Source of the DNA: Alphaproteobacteria bacterium
GTDB taxonomy: Bacteria > Pseudomonadota > Alphaproteobacteria > SP197
DNA length: 44,978 bases
Assembly (NCBI GenBank): GCA_964291415.2
Contig: OZ219921.1
Location: 1 to 44,978, forward strand
Direction: 5' to 3'
In this document: in pieces, positions 27,201-36,132 of the stretch
Layout: every line of letters starts with the position of its first letter
Numbering within the stretch: position 1 is the stretch's first letter
The notes under the pieces: generated by a model
The model's database searches: none
Told to the model about the DNA's origin: nothing
What the model saw: the letters and a program-made list of their open reading frames with translations, nothing else
Program-made: the position numbers and the translations under genes

Positions 27201-29417
27201 GCGCTGACGGCGTCGTTCGAGAACGGGCCGTCGAGCCATGACGGGTCGGACGCGTTCACGGATCGAGTCTCGCGTTCAGCGCGGCCGGTGTTCGACGGCA
27301 CCGAGTCGTTCAACAAGAACGCGCGGATCCGGAATGCCCTGTCGATCACGGGCGGCACGCTGACAGACTTCCGCCGCGTCAACCCGGCGGCGTTCGACCG
27401 GTGGAGGATCAGGATCAGGCCATCGGGCAACGGCAGCGTCACCCTGAGCCTGCCGGCGACGACGAACTGCAGCGCCACGAACGCGATCTGCACCCCGGGC
27501 GGCACGGCGCTGTCGAACGCGCCGGAGACAACCGTCCAGGGACCGCCCGGCCTCGCCGTCGCCGACGCCGAGGCGGCGGAGGCGTCCGGCGCGGCGCTCG
27601 CCTTCGCCGTGACCCTCTCCCGGGCGTCGGCCTCCGGCGTCACCGTCGACTACGCGACCTCCAACGGCAGCGCGCTTGCAGGCGTCGACTACACCGCAAC
27701 CTCCGGCACCCTGGCCTTCCTCGCCGGCGAGACGACGAAGACGGTCTCCGTCCCCGTGATCGACGACGACATCGACGAGGGTTCCGAGACCCTGACCCTC
27801 GCCCTCTCCAACCCCTCGGGCGGCAACGCGTACATCGCGGACGCCACGGCGACGGGGACGATCACCAACGACGACCCGATGCCGCGGGCGTGGCTGGCGC
27901 GCTTCGGGCGCGCGGTGGCGGACCAGGTGATCGACGCGGTGGAGGGCCGGATGGCGGCGGCGCCGGCTCCGGGCACGCAGATGACGCTCGCCGGCCAGCG
28001 GATCGGTGGCGGTGCGACGGCTGAGGACGATGCGGCCCGCGCCGGCCTGGACAGGCTCTCGGACTGGCTGCGCGGCGCGGGCGCGGAGGAAGAGGCCACC
28101 GCCCTGACATCCCGCACGATGAGCGGCCACGAGCTGTTGAGCGGGTCCTCGTTCGCGCTGACCGCGGGCTCGGCGGAGACCGGGTTCGGGGCGCTGTGGG
28201 GTCGCGGGGCGCTCACCCGCTTCGACGGACGCGAGGGGGACGTGACGCTGGACGGCGAAGTGGCGAGCGCGCTGCTGGGCGTGGACTTCACGCGCGACCG
28301 GGGGACCGCGGGCCTGGTGGTGGCGCACTCGCGTGGCGATGGCGGCTACCGAAGCTCCAACGGCCGCGGCGAGGTGGAGAGCGCGATGACCGGGCTCTAT
28401 CCCTGGGGGCGCTACGTCGCGAGCGAACGCGTGACCCTGTGGGGCGTGGCGGGCTACGGCACGGGCACGCTGACCCTGACGCCGGAGGGCCAGGCGCCGA
28501 TCGAGACCGACATGGACCTCGCGATGGCGGCGCTGGGCGGCCGCGGCGTTCTGGCCGAGGCGCCGCCCGGGGGCGGTGCGGAACTCAGCCTCACGTCGGA
28601 TGCGCTGGCGGTGCGTGCGACGTCCGAGGAGGTGCGCGGGAACACCGGCGGCCTGGCGGCCTCGGAGGCGGACGTGACGCGTCTGCGTCTGGGGCTCGAG
28701 GGGACGTGGCGCGGTCTCGGGACCCTGGTGCCGACGCTGGAGATCGGCGCCCGCCATGACGGCGGCGACGCGGAGACCGGGCTCGGGGCGGACATCGGCG
28801 GCCGGGTCGTGTGGGCCGATCCCTCTCTCGGGATGCGCGTGGAGCTTGCCGCCCGGGGCCTGCTGACGCACGAGGACGGGAACCTGAGCGAGCGGGGCTT
28901 CGCGGGCTCGCTGGCCTGGGACCCCTCTCCCGACAGCGAGCGGGGCGCCAAGCTGACGCTGCGCCATGCGGCCGGGACGCAGGCGACGGGCGGCATGGAT
29001 GCGCTGCTGCGGCCCGAGGCGGCGCACGTGCTGGAGGCGGCGAACGACGACGGGCCGGACCGGCGCACGCTGGAGGCGCGTCTCGGCTACGGCATCGCGC
29101 TGTTCGGCGGCGGCTGGACGGGGGTGCCGGAGGTCGGGCTCGGCCTCACGGAATCGAACCGCGAGTACATCCACGCCTGGCGCCTGCTGGAGGTGCGTGA
29201 CACGGGGCTGGTGTTCGGTCTCGAGGTCGAAGGGGTTCTCAACGAGCGGCTGCACGGCGATGCGGCTCCCGAGTACCGGATCGCGCTCGGGTTCGGCTGG
29301 GAACGGGCGGGCGCGGAAGCTGAGGACCTGGAGCTGCGCGTCGAGGCCTCGCGGCTGGCGCCGGCCAACGACGACCCGGAGAGCCGCATCGGGGTCAGGC
29401 TCACCACGCGGTGGTAG
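24219..29417 (+). CDS. Large Calx-beta / Ig-like autotransporter-type surface protein
   Basis: Signal peptide ALAAALLALLLPVGVALPSATQA; two Calx-beta domains; two HDGS.AF repeats; linker MPRAWLARFGR; beta-barrel region ending RLTTRW. ORF is open from 23868, so the start is uncertain. Confidence 0.85.
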   Translation: MRFAATAGTRAASRRTGRRTESGTRAERSVRALAAALLALLLPVGVALPSATQADVLVGNLSQGSRSTTTVGESAGEQIAVAVGFKTGNHTKGYTLTSIKANLSDAVPGDGVQVRLFNATQFDAPGSSILTFDNPTIANGDRTFTAPADTTLQKDRLYFLVFDSTATNANYSVGTTESDTLTSAVAGWELNSSLHFQFSGGDWLTHHTTLRVDINGAIKPNAAGKPGITGVPQAGEGLTATVDDITDADGLPADFPGDFTFQWVRVDGTIETDIFGATSSSYVPAGADVGKQLKVKVSFADNDGTAEGPLESDPTDNAVLAARGPCSPRSDWCAEMTVRYGAGSSVPLGLCLGSNGSLDDGSCDEINEIWLLTDPLSGTNSVAVTLDTFLPRGSTFDIGGMQFIANESSEQSGTGQYKWPAPSGLSWSEGEKVTANVRFLRPAVVIETLTPEAVYGADRIGFNVRRITGGTNGPLDVDVVLTDYRGHLPESALSRTITIPDGSADAGFFIQPGDFEDLNDGNWIIRPGTITGKVVKRPRYKLGSPASVNVKMHYATTVGFWEEGYRVDEGTRSVDITFYATTGEGMGRPTQGVEVRYSTADGSATAGDDYRARSGTVSFEPEDFRCIAGGYDGCDLARDGHRATKTVTLTNVIQDNSMVDGDKTFRVVLDDSTNNPNPRSVVYVDDRGIRGVSCTPGSTCAAEITIVDDDGITMPTEHPDWTLEGSDRTFAGTSSNRPPAISGTESAVRCLDGHTPFRLLNEHGNRITSGIAYSLRQIPGNDVAPYAGLPKPSEMLDLFTIDNTGQIRTVQGESYLHYEDSGTQLRYTDVIVRALQTSSNRYAEYRLGFNVIHPSRTDKNYLIDCDDDSTKSTQTPLTGQVQNAPESHDGSTAFPFRILFSEDVAIEPDALRDDAIKVSHATVTGAARVDGRDDLWDVTLAPKAAQAISIQLRGQLECTQDAAICTADGKKLAANVTHSVAYAAPGTRGTRNPPALTASFENGPSSHDGSDAFTDRVSRSARPVFDGTESFNKNARIRNALSITGGTLTDFRRVNPAAFDRWRIRIRPSGNGSVTLSLPATTNCSATNAICTPGGTALSNAPETTVQGPPGLAVADAEAAEASGAALAFAVTLSRASASGVTVDYATSNGSALAGVDYTATSGTLAFLAGETTKTVSVPVIDDDIDEGSETLTLALSNPSGGNAYIADATATGTITNDDPMPRAWLARFGRAVADQVIDAVEGRMAAAPAPGTQMTLAGQRIGGGATAEDDAARAGLDRLSDWLRGAGAEEEATALTSRTMSGHELLSGSSFALTAGSAETGFGALWGRGALTRFDGREGDVTLDGEVASALLGVDFTRDRGTAGLVVAHSRGDGGYRSSNGRGEVESAMTGLYPWGRYVASERVTLWGVAGYGTGTLTLTPEGQAPIETDMDLAMAALGGRGVLAEAPPGGGAELSLTSDALAVRATSEEVRGNTGGLAASEADVTRLRLGLEGTWRGLGTLVPTLEIGARHDGGDAETGLGADIGGRVVWADPSLGMRVELAARGLLTHEDGNLSERGFAGSLAWDPSPDSERGAKLTLRHAAGTQATGGMDALLRPEAAHVLEAANDDGPDRRTLEARLGYGIALFGGGWTGVPEVGLGLTESNREYIHAWRLLEVRDTGLVFGLEVEGVLNERLHGDAAPEYRIALGFGWERAGAEAEDLELRVEASRLAPANDDPESRIGVRLTTRW

Positions 29418-29581
29418 GCGGTGGTGCGGGCTGCCGCAGCGGACCGGGAGGCCTTCCCGCCGGCAGAGGGAGGACGGATCGGCGATGATGCGGACCGGCG
29501 TGGCGTCTGGCGGCGGCTGCTTGCCCTGGCGCCGGAGCGGAAGCGCGCGCGCAGCAGCCGACGGCGCTCGACAGGCAGGCG

Positions 29582-29716
29582 ATCGGGCGTATCGTCATCG
29601 GGATCGTTGGCGGCAGAGCGAGTGTTCACGTCGATCAAGATCCGGTGGCCTGCCTCGGTGTGGTCGAGCGTCATGTCGCCATTGCCGACCGGGAACAATG
29701 AAAGCCGAGCAGTCAT
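29582..29716 (-). pseudogene. N-terminal fragment of an MBL-fold metallohydrolase
   Basis: MTARLSLFPVGNGDMTL...GHRILIDVNTRSAANDPDDDTPD; similarity stops before any HxDxDH motif. Confidence 0.7.
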
Positions 29717-29793
29717 GGTCCCGATCTCCGAAACGGACCGTGGGGTTCGCTCGTCGGCATGGGGATACACGGAAGGACGCTCAACGTCTGTAT

Positions 29794-29827
29794 TTGACAA
29801 ATATCTCTGCTACATCCAGTTTGTCAA
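29794..29827. promoter_or_regulatory. Palindromic operator / paired TTGACA boxes between divergent genes
   Basis: TTGACAAA-N18-TTTGTCAA perfect inverted repeat. Confidence 0.6.
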
Positions 29828-29847
29828 CCGACACGCAGGAGGAGAAA

Positions 29848-30936
29848 GTGTCCGTAGGACAACGTATTAGAGTATCACGCCACGCCTGCGGCCTGTCCCT
29901 CCGCGACCTGCAAGCAAGAATCGACAACCGGGTGACGGCGCAGGCCATCAGCAAGTACGAACGCGACGAGTCCATGCCCAGCTCGGGTGTGCTCATCGCG
30001 CTGGCCGACGCCCTCGAGGTCCCGATCGACTACCTTGCGAGCGACAGCGAGATTCGCCTCGAAGCCGTCGACTTCCGGAAGAAGCGGCTCACCAGTCGCC
30101 GAGAGGAGGCGCAGGTCGAAGCCAACGCCCTGCACCTCCTGGAACGATATCTCACTGTCGAGGAGATCCTGGGGCTCCCCACCGTCGCGTGGGACATGCC
30201 GCGTGACGCCCCCTGGCCCGTGCTGCACGATCCGGCCGAAGCCGAGCAGGCCGCGTTCGGCATGCGCGCCCACTGGGGTCTCGGTCTCGATCCGATCCCG
30301 AATCTGGTCGATCTGTTGGAAGAACGCGGCATCAAGGTTCTCTCGATGAGCCTCCCCAACATCGATGGACTCACGGCACGGGTGCGCCGCGAAGACCGGA
30401 GCCTTGCCTCGGTCGTCGTCGTCAACCGGGACGATTGGGGTGAACGCCAGCGCTTCACGCTCGCGCATGAACTCGGCCACATGGTCCTCGACTCGGCGGC
30501 CAAGGTCGACGAGGAGAAAGCAGCGCATCGTTTCGCCGGCGCGTTCCTGATGTCCGCCGAGACGCTGCGGGCGGAGATCGGCAAGCACCGCAAGTCCATC
30601 GGCTGGGGCGAGCTCTTCGAGCTCAAGCGCATCTTCGGCGTGAGCGTCCAGGCGCTCACCTACCGCTGCAAGGACCTCGGGATCCTCGGAGCGCCCGCGT
30701 TTCGGATGCTGTTCGACGAATTCACACACCGCGGCTGGCGCAGCCCGCCATACAAGGAGCCCCGGGCGATGCCCGGCGAGCGGCCCCTGCGCTTCGAGCG
30801 CCTGTGCTTTCGGGCGCTGTCCGAGGGAGCGATCTCGGAATCGAAGGCTGCCGAATTGCTCGGTCATTCCGTCTACGAGCTCAACCGGCGCATGGACGAA
30901 CCGCCGAGCGTGGACGCGGAACCTGCCGGAGCCTGA
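29848..30936 (+). CDS. XRE HTH fused to ImmA/IrrE metallopeptidase
   Basis: VGQRIRVSR...AQAISKYERDESMP HTH; RQRFTLAHELGH, EKAAHRFAGAFL, FGVS; GGAGGAG RBS. Confidence 0.92.
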   Translation: MSVGQRIRVSRHACGLSLRDLQARIDNRVTAQAISKYERDESMPSSGVLIALADALEVPIDYLASDSEIRLEAVDFRKKRLTSRREEAQVEANALHLLERYLTVEEILGLPTVAWDMPRDAPWPVLHDPAEAEQAAFGMRAHWGLGLDPIPNLVDLLEERGIKVLSMSLPNIDGLTARVRREDRSLASVVVVNRDDWGERQRFTLAHELGHMVLDSAAKVDEEKAAHRFAGAFLMSAETLRAEIGKHRKSIGWGELFELKRIFGVSVQALTYRCKDLGILGAPAFRMLFDEFTHRGWRSPPYKEPRAMPGERPLRFERLCFRALSEGAISESKAAELLGHSVYELNRRMDEPPSVDAEPAGA

Positions 30937-30941
30937 GTGCC

Positions 30942-31127
30942 GTGAAGGTCCTGGTGTCCGACACCTCGGTCCTGGGTGACCTCGACCGCGGGAGCCTGGT
31001 CGAACCGGTCTTCCGGCTCCCGTTCGAGTTCACCGTCCCCGACTTGCTCTACGAACGCGAACTCAGGGAGCATGGCGGAGCGGAATTCGTCAGGCTCGGG
31101 CTTCGCGTTCGCGTTCGGCCTCGATGA
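30942..31127 (+). pseudogene. Truncated PIN-domain (DUF3368-like) protein
   Basis: MKVLVSDTSVLGDL...VPDLLYEREL; cut at ~31103-31110 by the chimeric junction. Confidence 0.7.
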
Positions 31128-31163
31128 GGCGCCGCTCGTCGTGAAAGGCGCTTGACCAGGCCT
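31103..31163 (+). repeat. 61 bp copy of an internal piece of the TPP-enzyme gene (33115-33175)
   Basis: Manual alignment gives 56/61 identity, ending in CCAGGCCT. Confidence 0.9.
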
Positions 31164-31433
31164 ACACGGTGTTCTCGAAACGCACGTTCAACACGCCGCA
31201 GATCGGTTCCATGACGGCTCTGGTCGATCTCGACAAGATGACCCATGAGGATGCCGCGGCCAAGTGGCTGGCCGACAACGAGGACGTCTGGAAGCCCTGG
31301 ACCGAATCGGTTTTCGGCGAAAGCAACTGAATGTCGGGCAAGGCAGTCCTGCCTTGCGTGACATGTCTGTCGGGCCCTCCGTCACCGGAGGGCCCGATTG
31401 CTTGAGAGCATTGACCCGGTCGGTGACCGGAAG
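31156..31433 (+). repeat. Direct repeat copy 2 (non-functional 3' end of the binding-protein gene plus both hairpins)
   Basis: Matches 22265-22549; three substitutions seen in the coding part, all amino-acid changing (L>R, A>T, L>F). Confidence 0.95.
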
Positions 31434-31563
31434 GCTGGACCCTGACATGCCCCACAAGTCCCGGGTCGTGTGTTCGCTCGCCACCGAAGGTGTTCTCGAA
31501 GAAGGAGGCCCCGGCATCGACCTCCGCCAGCCGGACATTGAGTACGACGGACACCTGTTTCCG

Positions 31564-32490
31564 TCAGGGCCCGGGCGCTGGTTTCAACGGCACACAGAGA
31601 TCGGTCAGCAGATCGCCAGGAGCGGTGTCAAGCAGCGAGTTTCGGTAGATCTCCATGTCCGGGCGATCGTCGATGTCCTCGCCGCTTTGTGGCAACCACA
31701 GCGAATACATCCGCCGGTATGCTTCCGCGATGCCGTCGTAGGGACCACGATGGGTATGGATGGCGTAGCGCCCCGCAGGCAACGTGTCGAGGGTGATGCC
31801 GGGCGGCGGTACCGCGTCGGTTGCGAGTTCGAGGCAGGCATCGGAACGCAGGTCCTCCGGCGCAACATCGCCGGGATCGTCGAATGAGAGGGTAAAGACA
31901 CGGCCCGGTGTCGCGCCAACGCTGGACGCCCACGCAAACAGGCGGTGGAAGCACGGGCCCACTTCGTTGTAGGGGCCGACATGGCGAATGCGGGCCACGC
32001 TGATGTCTTCGATGGTCTCGATGCGGATATCCATGTTGATGTCTCCTGTTGGCAGATCGATGTCCAGGTGTCCGGTGCCAGGGTCGTACCTGACCCGTGA
32101 CGCCGGGCTGGCAAAGGACGGAGGCAATGAGGTGGTGCGGTAGCGGCCCGGGCTCATCCCGCACGCGCGGCGAAACGCTCTCGAAAAGGCCTCGGCCGAG
32201 TTATAGCCCGCGTCCAGGGCAACCTCGAGCACGTCGACGCTCTCATGACGAAGGCGCCAGGCGGCCCTCTCCAGTCGCAACCGCCGCACGAGGCCGGCAA
32301 TCGAATCGCCGGTCATGGCGCGGAACATGCGCTGGCAATGGAAACGCGAGAATGCCGCTTCGGCAGCCACCTCCTCGACCGTCCATGGATGATCGAGGCG
32401 CTCTGCAATGGCTTCAAGAGCCCGGATCAGCCGGCGGTGGGTCACGGAACGCATGAGCCCAGCGTCGCACGGAACCGACACCATGGGCAT
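31564..32490 (-). CDS. AraC-family regulator with a GyrI-like effector domain
   Basis: AAFSRFHCQRMF, AGYNSAEAFSRAF, RHVGPY, GRYAIHTHRGPY, MEIYRN. Alternative start at 32454. Confidence 0.92.
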   Translation of the reverse strand: MPMVSVPCDAGLMRSVTHRRLIRALEAIAERLDHPWTVEEVAAEAAFSRFHCQRMFRAMTGDSIAGLVRRLRLERAAWRLRHESVDVLEVALDAGYNSAEAFSRAFRRACGMSPGRYRTTSLPPSFASPASRVRYDPGTGHLDIDLPTGDINMDIRIETIEDISVARIRHVGPYNEVGPCFHRLFAWASSVGATPGRVFTLSFDDPGDVAPEDLRSDACLELATDAVPPPGITLDTLPAGRYAIHTHRGPYDGIAEAYRRMYSLWLPQSGEDIDDRPDMEIYRNSLLDTAPGDLLTDLCVPLKPAPGP

Positions 32491-32525
32491 GACCGGATGT
32501 GCGGTTCTTCACCAACTGCCTGATC

Positions 32526-34208
32526 TCAGGCTTTCGAGAAGAGATCCTTCCTCAGGCTCTGGATGGCGTCGGGATCGACGTCGACATGGATGACGGCCGG
32601 CCTGCCCGACTCGAGAGCGGATGAGAGGGCCCGGGCAGTCTCGCCCGGCCGCCTGACGCGCCAGCCGTCGGCGCCGACGAGCCGGGCGTAATCGGCGAAA
32701 GGGGGATTGAGGAGATCGGCGCCCATGTAGCGCCCGCCGAAGAAATCCCGCTGGTAGGCCTTTTCGGCGCCCCAGGCGCGGTTGTCGAGAACGATCGCAA
32801 CCACCGGAAGATCATGCTGCACGGCCGTCGTCAACTCGATCATGGTGAGACCGAATCCACCGTCGCCCATGATGGCGATCACCGGGGAACCGGGTGCTGC
32901 CGCCTGTGCCCCCAGGGCAGCGGCATAGCCGAAACCCACGAGGCCGAAATCGAGCGGTGTCACAAGACCCGGGCAGCGACCGAACCTCAGGCGATCGGCG
33001 GCCTGCAGGCAGACGGCGCCAGTATCGAGAGTGACGATCGCATCCCGGGGGAGCGCGTCGCGAATCTCTCCCAGCACTCTCGTCGGCGAGAGCGGCACTC
33101 CCGTCTGACAAGCCTCGCTTTCGCGCTCGGCCTCGACGAGGCGCCGTTCGTCGTGAAAGGCGCTTGTCCAGGCCTGCCAGCGCGCTGTCTCCGGAACAGC
33201 CGCCTGAAAGGCACGGGCCGCCTCACCGGCATCGGCGACAATGCCCAGCGCCACCGGAAAGTGACGCCCGAGCGCCACGGCATCGATATCGACCTGCACG
33301 ATGGCTGCGTCCAGGTTCAGGAAATCGGCGCTGTGAAAGGTCGAGTTGAATCCAAGGCGGGTTCCAAGCGCCAGGATGACATCGGCTTCGCGCGTGAGCC
33401 TGGAGGCAAGACGGTTTCCGCGCGGACCCGCCTGGCCGGCCAGTAGCGGGTGGTCCGTCGCCAGCACGTCGTGGTGGCCGGTCGCGGCGACGACGGGGAC
33501 GTCGAGTGCACGGGCAAGACGATCGAGCTCGGTCGATCCCCTCGCCCACTTCACTCCGCCACCGGCCACGATCACCGGCCGCTCCGCGACGGCAAGCAGT
33601 TCCTTCACTTTTTGGATGTGCCCCTCCGCCGGCGCTCCCGCCGTGACGGGCCCGGAAGGTTCCGGCAGGTTCCCGGAAACCGATGACGCGAAGAGGTCCC
33701 GCGGCACGTGGAGGACGACGGGGCCGCGCCTGCCCGTCATGGCGACACGCAGCGCTTCGTTGAGAAGTTCGCAGAGCCGGTCGGCATGCGGAACCCGGAT
33801 CGAGCGCTTGGTGACGGGCGCCAGGAGGGCCTCCTGGTCGATTTCCTGGAATGTGTCGCGCCCTGACTGGCTGCGCGAGATGGCGCCGGCAATGGCCACC
33901 ACCGGAGAATAGGCGAGGTGAGCCTCCGCAAGGGCCGTCGCCAGATTGGCGACACCGGGGCCGGCCTGGGCGCCGAGCACCACGCCCGGCCCGCCTGTCA
34001 GGCGTGCCGCGGCATCTGCCATGTGACCGGCTGCTCGCTCGTCGCGAGAGCCGATGTAGGAGATAGGGGAGTCGTGAAGCGCATCGAGGAGTTCGAGCAT
34101 CGAGCCGCCGATGACCCCGAAGACCGTGTTGACGCCGGCACGTTCGAGAACACGCGCCACCGCCTCACCGGCGCCCATGCGCGAAGGCGCCGGCATCACA
34201 GGCTCCAT
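32526..34208 (-). CDS. Thiamine-pyrophosphate enzyme, sulfoacetaldehyde acetyltransferase (Xsc)-like
   Basis: RDERAAGHMAD, QAGPGVAN, GDGGFG...LDN TPP motif; NRAWGAEKAYQRDFFGGRY resembles the Xsc NRQWGAEKKNQ segment. Confidence 0.8.
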   Translation of the reverse strand: MEPVMPAPSRMGAGEAVARVLERAGVNTVFGVIGGSMLELLDALHDSPISYIGSRDERAAGHMADAAARLTGGPGVVLGAQAGPGVANLATALAEAHLAYSPVVAIAGAISRSQSGRDTFQEIDQEALLAPVTKRSIRVPHADRLCELLNEALRVAMTGRRGPVVLHVPRDLFASSVSGNLPEPSGPVTAGAPAEGHIQKVKELLAVAERPVIVAGGGVKWARGSTELDRLARALDVPVVAATGHHDVLATDHPLLAGQAGPRGNRLASRLTREADVILALGTRLGFNSTFHSADFLNLDAAIVQVDIDAVALGRHFPVALGIVADAGEAARAFQAAVPETARWQAWTSAFHDERRLVEAERESEACQTGVPLSPTRVLGEIRDALPRDAIVTLDTGAVCLQAADRLRFGRCPGLVTPLDFGLVGFGYAAALGAQAAAPGSPVIAIMGDGGFGLTMIELTTAVQHDLPVVAIVLDNRAWGAEKAYQRDFFGGRYMGADLLNPPFADYARLVGADGWRVRRPGETARALSSALESGRPAVIHVDVDPDAIQSLRKDLFSKA

Positions 34209-36132
34209 GCGGCCTCGAGTCCCTCGAGAACCGCCTCTTCGGCGCTTCTCGGGGCGAGGCAGTCGCCGATCCGCACGAAGGGCCGGCCGGCAGCCTCGAG
34301 ACCCAGGCCGAGATCGTCGTATGGAACAGGGCCAAGTGACAGCACCAGGGAATCCATCTCCTCGAGGATGATCGCCTCGCCCGTCAGCGTATCCTGAAAG
34401 TAGGCCACGTCATCGTCGGCGCCAAAGAGGCGCGCGTGGGTGATGATGTCGACGCCCAGCCTGCGCAGCCGCCCGACATGGTGGTTGCGGACATAGAGCT
34501 GGAGAAGTTCCCCCGCCATGGCGCCATTGACCACGAGACGCACCCTGTGGCCTGCCTCGGCCAGCTTTTCCGCCAGGCCAGGCCCGGTCCAGTCGGCGCG
34601 TCCGTCGGCAATCACGACGGAATGCCCGACGTTGGCACCGTCGAGCAGTGCGATGGCTTCCACGACATGAGCCTCGCCCTCGATGGGCGGTCTCCACGGC
34701 CGGGCGCCGGTGGCCACGATGACGGCGTCGGGTTCGCACTCTTCGACGAGGCGAGGAGTCACCGTCGATCCGGTGCGGATTCCGCGCCGGCGCTGCGGGC
34801 TTCGCGTTCGAGATTCTGCACCAGACCGCCGAACTCCGCTCGGCCGGGAAGCATGGCGGCATGACACGCCTGTCCCCCCGGCACATCTGCCGCCTCGTGC
34901 AACGTGACACGGTGCCCTCGCGCGGCGGCCACCGCCGCCGCCTTGAGCCCGGCCGGACCGCCGCCTGCCACCATGACGGACCGGGCGATGCGGGAAGGGA
35001 GACACGTGCCGTAACGGCGTTCGCGCCCGGAGGCAGGATTCTGGATGCAGGAAATGGCGACGCCCTTGTGCGAGTGCCCGATACAGGCCTGGTTGCAGGC
35101 AATGCAGGCACGGATTTCGTCAAAGCGCCCTTCACGGGCCTTCAGCGCCATGGCGGGATCCGAGATCATCGCCCGGGTCATGCCACAGAGATCCGCATCG
35201 CCTGATGCCAGGATGCCCTCTGCGATCTGCGGCTGGTTGATGCGCCCGGTGGCGATCACCGGCAATCCGGAGGCCTCCTTCACCCTCCGGGCAAGGGGAG
35301 CGATGTAGCCAGCCGGAATACCCATGGGCGCGGCGATGTGGATCGAGGCGCCGAGAGTCGACGACATGCCGGCGACGACGCTGATGTAGTCAAGGCGGTG
35401 CGCCAGCGCCCCTGCGATGTCTTCGACATCATCTGCGGTGAGGCCCTGGGCCGGGTCGAGTTCGTCGCCGGAAATCCGCATGCCGAGTGTTGCATCACCG
35501 ATTGCGGCACGCATCGCCGACAGCGTTTCCTCGACGAACCGAAGGCGCCTGTCGAAAGACCCTCCCCATGCGTCATCGCGGAGATTGAGCCGGGGATTGA
35601 GAAACTGCGCCGGCAGGTAGCCGTGGCTGGCGACCAGTTCCACACCGTCAAGGCCAGCCTCGGCAAGGTATCCGGCTCCTTGGGCGAATCCCTCGATCAC
35701 CTCCTCGATGAGGGCGCCGGACATGGCCCGCGGCATGATGTGAAAGCGCTCGTTGGCCACCGGGGACGGAGCAATGGCGGTGGCCATGAGACCATCGGTG
35801 CGGGCCTGGACTTCCCGGCCCGGATGAAACAGCTGGCCAAAGAGCCGCGCTCCATGCCGTCGCACCGCGCCGGCGAGGCGCCGGTATCCCGGAATGCAGT
35901 CCGCCGAACGGGCATCGAGGCAGTTGGCGGCAAAGACGCCGGTGTCGTGGATGGTGGCGATCTCGACGACGATGAGACCGGCGCCGCCGGCTGCCCGTGT
36001 CTCGTGGTATGCCACGAGATCGTCGCTCACCAGCCCGTCGGCAAGATGGGTGTGATGACCGGTGAAGACGATCCGGTTGCGGACCTCCGTCCTGGCGATC
36101 GTCACGGGCGAAAACAGGTGGGGCAGCGTCAT
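34196..36132 (-). pseudogene. NADH:flavin oxidoreductase (OYE barrel + FeS + FAD), frameshifted at ~34780
   Basis: NRIV, QLFHPG, HGYLPAQFL, CIACNQAC, VAGGGPAGL in one frame; DAVIVATGA...IGDCLAPR in another. Inserting one A (GCG GAA ATC CGC) restores the frame; could be a sequencing error. Confidence 0.85.

Larger units (their letters stand above)
22550..31155. mobile_element. Island-like accessory segment between the direct repeats
   Basis: Bounded by a ~280 bp duplication; contains adhesin, truncated regulator and defence-type remnants; no integrase inside. Confidence 0.6.

Noticed and set aside
28966-29847. 656 aa ORF suggesting a long N-terminal extension on XRE-ImmA
   Set aside because: Overlaps the adhesin out of frame; a strong RBS and GTG at 29848 mark the real start.
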